A stretch of 11,768 nt of DNA from Nitrospirota bacterium (GTDB taxonomy: Bacteria > Nitrospirota > UBA9217). The notes below the pieces were generated by a model. The model saw only the letters and a list, made by a program, of their open reading frames with translations. It ran no database searches and was not told the origin of the DNA. The translations under genes were made by a program, and so were the position numbers. Shown piece by piece: positions 1 through 7,908 of this stretch (its first letter is position 1; each line of letters begins with the position of its first letter). The DNA lies in the NCBI GenBank assembly GCA_963741205.1, contig CAVUHW010000046.1, forward strand, positions 1 through 11,768, read 5' to 3'.

Positions 1-43
1 TTTCACGGCGATAACAGGGGTTCGAATCCCCTTGGGGACGCCA
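1..43 (+). tRNA. tRNA-Glu(UUC), 3' half (5' part lies outside the window)
   Basis: Begins in the anticodon loop (tTTCac), followed by ggcgataac, T-arm AGGGG-TTCGAAT-CCCCT, acceptor 3' strand ggggacg and encoded CCA at 41-43. Matches the typical bacterial tRNA-Glu 3' half. Confidence 0.93.
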
Positions 44-53
44 ATCAAATCAG

Positions 54-84
54 GAGTTACGGAACTTTCCGTAGCTCTTTTTTT
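54..84 (+). terminator. Intrinsic terminator of the tRNA
   Basis: GAGTTACGGA (54-63) pairs with TCCGTAGCTC (68-77, one G:U pair), 4-nt loop, then T7 (78-84). Confidence 0.85.
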
Positions 85-98
85 ATGTGCATAAGAGA

Positions 99-177
99 GG
101 CGGTAACGAGGGCTCGAATCCCCTTGGAGACGCTCATCATTTCATTGAGTTGCGGCACTTACCGTAACTCTTTTTTT
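99..177 (+). repeat. Degenerate second copy of tRNA-Glu 3' end plus terminator (period ~92 bp)
   Basis: GGCGGTAACGAGGGCTCGAATCCCCTTGGAGACGCTCA (99-136) aligns to GGCGATAACAGGGGTTCGAATCCCCTTGGGGACGCCA (7-43), and the downstream hairpin is repeated too. Confidence 0.85.
147..177 (+). terminator. Second intrinsic terminator (duplicated copy)
   Basis: GAGTTGCGG (147-155) pairs with CCGTAACTC (162-170), then T7 (171-177). Confidence 0.75.
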
Positions 178-362
178 GTAACTGTCGTAGAATTGTCTTA
201 GTTTTTTCGCCTCATCGATCTGGTCAATCGCGTTGTGATTATCGGTATGATGATGGCACTTCTTATCGCCCTCCTCATGATCTTTCCATTCCCCGGCTTC
301 GGAAGACGGCAATTCATCAAGTCCTGCCAATAAAAAAACATTCAACATAGTGCTATATTTTG

Positions 363-391
363 TTGACAATGCCTATTATTTTTGGTAATCT
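363..391 (+). promoter_or_regulatory. Sigma70-type promoter of the STAND/BTAD regulator
   Basis: TTGACA (363-368), 17-bp spacer, TAATCT (386-391) with extended TG at 383-384; ~75 bp upstream of ATG 465. Confidence 0.65.
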
Positions 392-464
392 TGCTGTACC
401 AATACATCCATCACTGCCCGGTTAAAACAACATTCCCTATACAGACTCATCCTGATTCCATCGT

Positions 465-3400
465 ATGGCGAAGCAAAATGCATCTATAGCCAAGATCAGC
501 CGTCCTACCATCACCGGCGTAATGGAGCGGCTAAGGCTTTTCCGCCTCCTCGACAAATGCCGGTCAAAGCGCGTAGTCTGGGTCTCGGCGCCCGGCGGAT
601 CGGGCAAGACCACGCTTATCGCGAGTTGGCTCCAATCTCGCAAGCTACCCTGCCTGTGGTACCAGGTAGATGAAGGTGACGGAGACCCAGCTTCCTTTTT
701 TCATTACCTGGGGCAAGCCGTTCTCCATTCGTCTCCCCGAAATAAAAAACCATTGCCGCTTCTGACTCCCGCTCACATTCCCGGCATAGAGACGTTCACT
801 CGCAGATATTTTGAAGAACTTTGCCGGAAGTTTAAACCACCTCTCGTGCTCGTGCTCGACAATTATCAGGACGCGCCATCTGACTCGATGCTTCATCACG
901 CGATCAACACAGGGATATCGGTTTTGCCTGAGGGTTTCACTATAATCGTTATTAGTAGAAGAGGACCGCTCCCGATTTTTTCTCATGGGCGAACAAACAA
1001 CGATATGCCCTTTATCGGATGGGATGACATCCGGCTTTCCCTCACGGAAACTAGAGATCTGGCCCTCAGAAGCAGTGTGAAGGGCATCGCGGTTAGCACC
1101 CTCGAGCGCTTGCACGAAAAAACAGATGGCTGGGCAGCTGGGCTCGTGCTCATTCTGGAGTCGCTCAAGAATAGTGACATTGACACTGTATTGACCGGTT
1201 CAACGAGGGAGAGCATTTTTAATTACTTCGCATCAGAAATATTCATCAAGATGGACGAAGCCACACAACGTTTCCTGATGCAGACATCGCTCCTTCCTGG
1301 GATAAGTCCTGCGGCCGCCGCCGAATTGACCGGTCTATCTTCGGCAGGCGCACTCCTCGACGATCTATCGAAGAATAACTTTTTTACGACCCGGCACATG
1401 CATCATGACGCTTCCTACCAGTTCCATCCCCTGTTCCGCGAATTTCTCATGACCCGGGCGCGTGACGAGTTCACGCAGGACGGCGTCGCTGCGATAGAGC
1501 GGCGCGCGGCAGCTATCCTGGAAAAATCCGGCAAAGTTGAAGATGCAATTGGACTTTTCCTTCGAGCACGGGATTGGCCTGAAGCGGCACGGCTTATCTG
1601 TACAGGAGCGCCGGCGCTCTTCTCCGAGGGCAGGACCGGAGCGGTTCGTGCATGGCTTGACGCCATGCCTCGCGAGCTGATCGAACAAACTCCCTACCTC
1701 CTGTTCTGGCAAGGCGCCTGCCTGCTGGCTTTTAATCCTCGTGAGAGCAGGGCCTCTTTTGAGAAAGCGTTTGCGCTCTTCCGGACGCAGGGGGATAGGA
1801 CGGGCCTCTTCCTTTCCTGGTGCGCTGTAGTCGACACAGCGATTCACGAAAGCGTATACGTGCACATGAGGCCTTGGACTGAAATCCTGGAGAGGGTGCT
1901 CACAGAGGATCCCTCATTCCCATCGAATGATATAGAGCATCGGGTCGCGTTGAGCTATTTTAACGCAGTCGCCTTCGGACAGCCTGATCATCCCGATATT
2001 CACGAGATACGGGAACGGGCCTTTTCGATTGTCTGCGCAGGGATGATTTCGGACGCCAATCTGTTCCTCAATTCCGGATTGCACCTCATCGCTCATTACA
2101 TTTACCAGGGGAATTTCACCAAGGCGGGGATGATCCTCAGCCTGCTTCGTGAGTCTGCCAAGTCCAGGGAAGCGACCGAACTCGTGCAACTCATGGTGAA
2201 AGCAATCGAGGCCCACTATTCTTTCGTCACCTGTGCACTCGATAAGGGCATGGAAAAGGCACACGAAGCCTTGGCCCTAGCCGACAAGAGCGGAGTACAT
2301 TTTTGGGACACATACATCTATGGCCATATGCTTGCCGCGGCGCTTTCCGAGGGGGACGAAAAGCTCATCGGGGAATTTCTGCCGAAAATGACGGCTGGGC
2401 TTGGCGCATGCCGAGCCGTGGACAAGGGGTACTATTATTGGCTAATTGCATGGAAATCCGCCCTCAGTGCAAATTATTCGCAAGCCCGCCAATTCCTGGA
2501 GCTTTCACTGAACGGTGCAGTGAAAATCGGATTCCGTGCACCGGAAGCAGCCATCCGGATCAACTTGGCGGAGATCTGCCTTGAACAGGGGCTCGATCAC
2601 GATGCCGCTGCATGTCTTGAAAAGGTATTCCCTCTCATTCAAAGCATGGGCAGCGCATACCTTCTATATAGCTATTCAATTGCCGAATCCTGCCTTCACT
2701 TCAAACGTGAAAATGAAGTGAAGGGGCTTGAGTCTCTCCGTAAAGCATTCAGCCTGGGCAGAGACCATGGGATTGATAACATGTATTTTTGGAGGCCATC
2801 CATTATGGCCAGGCTGTGCATGAAGGCCCTTGAATCGGGGATCGAGGTTGAGTATGCGCGACACCTCATTAGAAAACGGCAATTAATGCCGCATCCACCC
2901 CCGCTGCATCTTGATCAGTGGCCCTGGCCGGTCAAGGTCTACACGCTCGGCAGGTTTGAGCTGCTCATGGGACGAGAAGCCCGTTGTGTCTTCGGGCAAG
3001 GTGCAGCAGAAGCCGCTCTTGATGCTCAAGACATTGATCGCCTTCGGCGGGAAGGGGGTTTCTGAATCACAGCTCATCGATGCCCTGTGGCCCGAAGCGG
3101 AAGGCGACGCCGCCAACCGGAACCTGGACATCACACTCCACCGCTTACGGAAACTTTTAGGTGATGATGAAGCGATCCTGCTGCAGGAAGGACAGGTGAG
3201 CCTGAACAACGCGCGCGTATGGACTGATGCATGGGGGTTCGAGCGTCTCCTGTGCCGGGTGGAAGATATGTGGAAACAGAAGGAGCAAGGGCATGAGTTC
3301 GTAGACACGAAAGATCCGGCATGTCCCGATCCGGCGTTCCGCCGTCCGCAACCCGATTTTGAGGAAACGATACGACTGACAGAAAAGGCTCTTGCACTTT

Positions 3401-3745
3401 ATAAAGGCCATTTTCTTCCCGGAGACGTCAAGGAACCCTGGGCTATTTCCCTGAGAGAGCGCCTGCGCGCGAAATTTCTCTATTACACGAAGGCCCTCGG
3501 CAAATACCGGCAGCAGTCAGGCCGCTACGACCTCGCGGTGGAGTGTTACCAGAGACGGGATAGGGATAGACGACCTTGCCGAGGAGCTTTACCAGCAGCT
3601 TATGATCTGCCACCATAAACTCGGCCAGGAAGCAGAGGTCGTCAAAGTCTATTACCGCTGCCGCGCCATGCTTCACAAAGCCTTCGGGCTTGAGCCCTCC
3701 ACAAAAACCAAGGAAATATATTCCTCCATACGCCGTAACGGGTAA
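465..3745 (+). CDS. MalT-like STAND ATPase/TPR transcriptional regulator with C-terminal winged-helix + BTAD (SARP-type) domain, ~1,092 aa after correcting two +1 frameshifts (~2970, ~3556)
   Basis: Walker A VWVSAPGGSGKTTL, Walker B LVLVLDNYQD, MalT-like KTDGWAAGL and YQFHPLFREFL, and a long helical TPR-like region. After WPWPVKVYTLGRFEL the protein continues in ORF 2911..3618 (LWPEAEGDAANRNLDITLHRLRKLLG; WTDAWGFE; LYKGHFL; RERLR), then in a third frame (GIGIDDLAEELYQQLMICH...GLEPSTKTKEIYSSIRRNG*) to TAA 3743-3745. Confidence 0.88.
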
Positions 3746-3841
3746 TTCCCGGCATTTGCACGCTTTTCCCCCCTTCATTCGATACTTTTTGTTACTTTTT
3801 TACACATCTCTTTTGATGAAAAAGTTATTTTTTGCTCCATA

Positions 3842-3875
3842 TGTAAGTAATCTGTAAGTCGATCTATGTTATAAA
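3842..3875 (+). promoter_or_regulatory. Direct-repeat operator TGTAAGT-N4-TGTAAGT plus extended -10; putative activator-dependent promoter
   Basis: TGTAAGT at 3842-3848 and 3853-3859 (11-bp period); TG-t-TATAAA at 3867-3875; no consensus -35 at the expected position. Confidence 0.6.
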
Positions 3876-3900
3876 ACGTGCGAAGGAAAAAGGATCAACT

Positions 3901-4086
3901 ATGGAAAACTACATCATTCGCATTTATCGTCGGGATCTTGCTGAGCCGCTCAAGCCGGTCGGGATGGTTGAGGTCGTTGAGACCTCGGAAATAAGGACCT
4001 TCACGCATGCCGGTGAGCTTGTTAATATCCTCTGTCCTGCGGGTGATTCATTGGCTGCGGATCCGGATAGCAGAAGACGCACGTGA
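3901..4086 (+). CDS. Small hypothetical protein (61 aa), YIIRIYRR...GMVEVV...F...EL type
   Basis: AAGGA Shine-Dalgarno just upstream of the ATG; beta-beta-beta-alpha-like pattern MENYIIRIYRRD-GMVEVVE-RTFTHAGELVNIL. Resembles small proteins I recall downstream of MalT/BTAD regulators (recollection, not a search result). Confidence 0.75.
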   Translation: MENYIIRIYRRDLAEPLKPVGMVEVVETSEIRTFTHAGELVNILCPAGDSLAADPDSRRRT

Positions 4087-4234
4087 TAATTCGTGACTTG
4101 AAAAGTAGCTGTGCTGGTTTTACTGGCTTCGAATAAGATTACGTGTTTTCGTGGGTGCTGAGGAGAAGCAACAAATGCAGTTCAATATATAATTTTTGTT
4201 TGTAATCATTTTGAAAAAAATTGGGGGTTAGGTC

Positions 4235-4912
4235 ATGAGGAAAGATTACAACGCACGAAATACTCGTTCGTACCGGCTGGTAGCGCTGCTTCTTTATTTA
4301 GCCATGGTAATGCCGGTAACTTCTTGGGCTGCACGGGGGGATATTGTAACAGTTGCTGGTGGTTATACCGGCGATGGCGGCGCAGCGACAAACGCGGTCA
4401 TAAACACACCCTGGAGTGTTGCGGTTGATTCCGCGGGAAACATTTACATAGCGGATACCGACAACCATCGCATCCGGAAGGTGAATTCATCGACCGGAAT
4501 CATAACGACAGTAGCAGGCAACGGGGTGTCGGGCTTTAGCGGTGATAACGGCCCTGCCACGTCGGCAAACCTCAGTTATCCACAAAGTGTAGCCGTCGAT
4601 TCCGCGGGAAATATTTATATAGCGGATCACAACAACGGTCGCATCAGGAAGGTAAATGCATCGACTGGCGTAATAACGACCGTGGCAGGAAACGGGAATC
4701 AATATTCACCAATGTTCAGCGGCGATAACGGCCCTGCCACGTCGGCAAGCCTTAATGGGCCTGCAAGTGTAGCAGTTGATGCTGCTGGAAACATCTACAT
4801 TGCGGATACTTTCAACCAGCGCATCCGAAAGGTTAATGCCTGGACCGGTGTGATCACAACAGTGGCGGGTGTGTCAAGCCAAAGTAGAAATGCCCTGTTC
4901 TTACCAAAATAG
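4235..4912 (+). pseudogene. Secreted NHL-repeat (teneurin-like beta-propeller) protein, 3'-truncated at ~4871 by an IS end
   Basis: Signal peptide (YRLVALLLYLAMVMPVTSWA), three NHL repeats PxSVAVDxAGNIYIADxxNxRIRKV...GxITTVAG. After the last ITTVAG the sequence switches to non-NHL VSSQSRNALFLPK*, read from the IS end. Three blades are too few for a complete six-bladed propeller. Confidence 0.82.
4360..4871 (+). repeat. Intragenic tandem NHL repeats (periods 171 and 180 bp)
   Basis: VAVD codons start at 4418, 4589 and 4769; AGCGGYGATAACGGCCCTGCCACGTCGGCAA is near-identical at 4538-4568 and 4718-4748. Confidence 0.9.
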
Positions 4913-5010
4913 AAATGTCCCATTTTATGAAACAACGGGAAGTCGTTGCGATGCTCTCCTAAGTCTCTTCCATGGGTGATCCGGCGATTGATACCTGTTC
5001 TGAATTCCTC
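4872..5010 (-). mobile_element. Orphan right end and transposase C-terminal remnant of an IS1202/ISNCY-type insertion sequence
   Basis: Terminal TGT at 4872; two 25-bp-period subterminal repeats CCAAAGTAGAAATGCCC (4879-4895) and CCAAAATAGAAATGTCCC (4904-4921). The minus strand 5008->4925 reads GIQNRYQSPDHPWKRLRRASQRLPVVS*, containing the P-x-HPW-K/R motif typical of the C-terminus of these transposases. Confidence 0.78.
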
Positions 5011-5026
5011 AAGTTACAAACGGTAT

Positions 5027-7526
5027 TCATTTTTCCCGGCCGTCAGTGACCGCCTTCGCCTGCCAGATGCGGGCGCAGTACTCTCGGATAGAGCGGTCCG
5101 AAGAGAACCTGCCCATGCGCGCCGTATTCAAGATTGACATGGCCGTCCATCGCTGCTGGTCCCGGAACGCTTCGGAGACCCGATCCTGGCAATCGACATA
5201 GGATTGGTAATCCGCAAGCACCAGGTACTCGTCGCGGTGCAGGAGCGAATCGAGCAGGGGCATGAAGAGATTCCGGTCGCCCCGGGAAAAGAGGCCCGAG
5301 GCGAGCGCATCGATGACTTCCTTCAGTTCAGGGTTTGATTTGTAGCTCGCGAGCGGGTCGCAACCGCAGGACATTATACTTTCGACTTCTTCCGTCATGA
5401 GGCCGAAGAGGAAGAAGTTCTCATCCCCGACCTCCCTCCATATCTCTATATTCGCGCCGTCCAACGTTCCGATGGTGACGGCACCGTTCATCGAAAACTT
5501 CATGTTCCCGGTGCCCGAGGCCTCCTTGCCTGCCAGGGAGATCTGTTCCGAAAGGTCTGCGGCAGGATAAATCCTCTGGGCGTTCATCACGTTGAAGTCG
5601 GGAAAGAAGACCACCTTGAGGCGGCCTTTGACAGCGGGATCGGCGTTCACGACCTCTGCCACGGAATTGATCAGCTTGATGATCAGCTTGGCCATGAAGT
5701 AGCCCGGAGCGGCCTTGCCGCCGAAAATCACGGTCCGCGGCACGATTTCGATGTTTGGATTATTCCTGATGCGGTTGTAAAGCGTGATTACATGAAAGAT
5801 GTTCAGGTGCTGTCGCTTATATTCGTGGATGCGCTTGACCTGAACGTCGAAGAGCGTTGCGGGGTCAACAATGACGCCGGTCCGTTCCTTGATCACAGCT
5901 GCGAGGGCTTCCTTGTTCATCTGCTTGACACGCTGCCAGTCCTTCCGGAACTCCGGGTCCTGCGCAAAGGGCTCCAGTTTGCGCACCTCCTTTTCAAGGT
6001 TCCTGATCCAGCCCTCTCCGATCTTGTCCGTGATGAGCCGGGTGAGACCCGGGTTGCTCCGTGCGATCCAGCGCCGAGGCGTCACGCCGTTGGTCACGTT
6101 GAAGAAACGCTCGGGATAGATCTCGAAAAAATCGCGCAACACGGTCTGCTTCAGCAGCGCGGTGTGGAGAGCCGCAACGCCGTTGATGGCGTGGCAGCCG
6201 ACGCTCGCCAGATTCGCCATGCGCACGAACTTGTCACAGTTCTCTTCGATCAGCGACAGGCGGATCGCGCGATTGGTCGTCGTTCGGGAACTTCAGGCGT
6301 ACTTCATTCAGGAACCGCCGGTTGATCTCGTAGATGATCTCGAGGTGCCTCGGCAGGATGGCGGCAAAGAGCGGCAAAGGCCACTTTTCGAGCGCTTCCG
6401 GCAGAAGGGTGTGATTGGTGTAGGCCAGCGTGCTCTGCGTGATGCGCCATGCCGTGTCCCAGTCCATCAGGTGCTCGTCCACGAGAAGCCTCATCAACTC
6501 TGCCACGGCTATGGACGGATGGGTGTCGTTGAGCTGGATGGCAAAGCTCTCGGGAAAATTGTCGAGGCTGGTGTTGCCCCGCAGAAAGTGTAAGCGGATC
6601 ATGTCCTGGAGCGAGCAGGAGACGAAGAAGTATTGCTGCGCAAGGCGGAGCTGCTTGCCGATGAGAGGCTCATCATTCGGATAGAGGACCTTGCTGATGG
6701 TTTCGGAAAAGACCTTCTCGTCCACGGCCTTGTAGTAGTCCCCCACGTTGAACGCCTGAAAATCGAAGGACTCAACAGCCTCGGATTTCCAGAGCCGGAG
6801 AATGTTCGTCATGCTCGCGCGATAGCCGGCAACGGGCGTGTCGTAGGCGACCCCCTTGATCACCCGGCTCGGCACCCAGCGTACCCTGAACCGGCCCTGA
6901 TCATCCCAATAGTGCTCGGTGTGTCCTCCGCCCTTCACGGCAAAGACGATCTCGGGGCGGCAGATCTCCCAGGGGTTGCCCAAGCGTAGCCACTTGTCTG
7001 TTTTTTCCACCTGCCAGCCGTCACAGATCTCCTGGTCGAAGATGCCGAATTCGTACCGGACTCCGTACCCGATCGCGGGCACCTGGAGTGTCGCGAGAGA
7101 ATCCAGGTAGCAGGCAGCAAGCCTGCCGAGGCCGCCACTGCCGAGTCCAGGCTCTGCCTCCTGCCGGAGCAGCGCTTCCATATCGAGCCCCAGTTCCGTT
7201 ACAGCCTGTTGGGCCTGCTCCCGGATGCCGAGATTTATCAGGTTGTTGCCGAGGTGGGGTCCCATGAGATACTCAGCGGACAAGTAGCTTACGATCTTCA
7301 GGTCCTTCCTGCCCCGATGTATGTTCGACTTAAGCCAGTTGTCGAGCATCCGGTCCCGGACGGTGTACGCAAGGGCCATGTACCAGTCGTTGAGGGTCGC
7401 TGTTTGAGGGATGCGGGCCTGGCTGAAATAGAGATTGTCCAGAATCGATTGCTTGATCTCTGCGGGATCGTCCCCCGTCCGGACGTTCCCGCTCCTGCCC
7501 TGGCTGTCCTCCTTGCTTTGTGTCAT
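5027..7526 (-). CDS. glgP: Glycogen/starch/alpha-glucan phosphorylase (GT35), ~832 aa, with a net +1 frameshift near 6255-6280
   Basis: [85 protein letters not shown]-lysine motif [10 protein letters not shown] and [10 protein letters not shown]. ORFs 6234..7526 and 5027..6226 join through [24 protein letters not shown] Shine-Dalgarno at 7531-7536. Confidence 0.96.
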
Positions 7527-7676
7527 GCAGCCTCCTTTTTTATAGCATGCCCCCCTTGACCCGTTTCCCGAGGACGGCCAGTGTCTACCTTGATGTCATT
7601 TCTCCAGGCTATTTCCCGGTCAACTAACTGGAAACTGGTGGAAAATTGGGCTCTACCAGGCAGGTGTTCATAATTG

Positions 7677-7705
7677 AGGATAGATCAATCACGGAAGGGT
7701 GTCAA
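7677..7705 (-). promoter_or_regulatory. Sigma70-type promoter of glgP
   Basis: Minus strand TTGACA (7705-7700), 17-bp spacer, TATCCT (7682-7677). Confidence 0.62.
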
Positions 7706-7811
7706 GAAAGAGTAATGAGCTATTGGAAATGAAGGGAAACGGCTGGGATAGCGGGAAACGCTGCGGCATTCCCTCATTCCCTCCTTTTTTCCCTCTCACC
7801 AAGAAAAATAT

Positions 7812-7839
7812 TTGACAGATGCAACAAATTGGCTATAAT
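7812..7839 (+). promoter_or_regulatory. Consensus sigma70 promoter of the cytochrome operon
   Basis: TTGACA (7812-7817), 16-bp spacer, TATAAT (7834-7839), with an A/T-rich UP-like tract at 7801-7811. Confidence 0.75.
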
Positions 7840-7908
7840 ATCGTGTCGACTTTCACTGCTCCGACGGGGCGAGGAACACAGGTTAAATTGTTCTGGGGGG
7901 AAACGAAG

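Noticed and set aside
1-177. CRISPR array
   Set aside because: Only two degenerate units, both clearly tRNA end plus terminator; no unique spacers and no cas genes.
142-369. Minus-strand 75-aa ORF and nested MRRAIRSAIIIPIITT peptide as an Ile/Thr attenuator leader
   Set aside because: It points into the terminators and antisense to the tRNA, with no biosynthetic gene to control; it is the mirror of the hydrophobic + frame.
465-3745. Avs/NLR-like antiphage STAND protein
   Set aside because: No N-terminal nuclease, TIR, SIR2 or protease effector; motifs are MalT-class with a transcription-activator C-terminus.
3794-3833. Terminator after the regulator
   Set aside because: The stem is almost all A/T with an internal bulge, too weak to call.
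4360-4871. DGR template/variable repeat pair in the NHL repeats
   Set aside because: Repeats are in-frame protein repeats, differences are not adenine-specific and no reverse transcriptase is present.
465-7526. MalT-like regulator plus phosphorylase as a malT-malP maltose regulon
   Set aside because: The genes are convergent and separated by an IS scar, the regulator has BTAD rather than LuxR output, and glgP has its own TTGACA promoter with no TGTAAG repeat.
7697-7735. GGGTGTCAAG at ~7700 as the second IS end, making glgP a passenger
   Set aside because: Same orientation as the 4872 end and lacks the TAGAAATGTCC subterminal repeats; better explained as the glgP -35 box.
7674-7824. FNR boxes (TTGAG-N5-ATCAA at 7674; TTGAC-N3-TGCAA at 7812)
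   Set aside because: Spacing does not fit TTGAT-N4-ATCAA in either case.
7819-7908. ATG 7819 as the cytochrome start
   Set aside because: It lies inside the predicted promoter spacer; GTG 7909 has an SD and directly starts a signal peptide.
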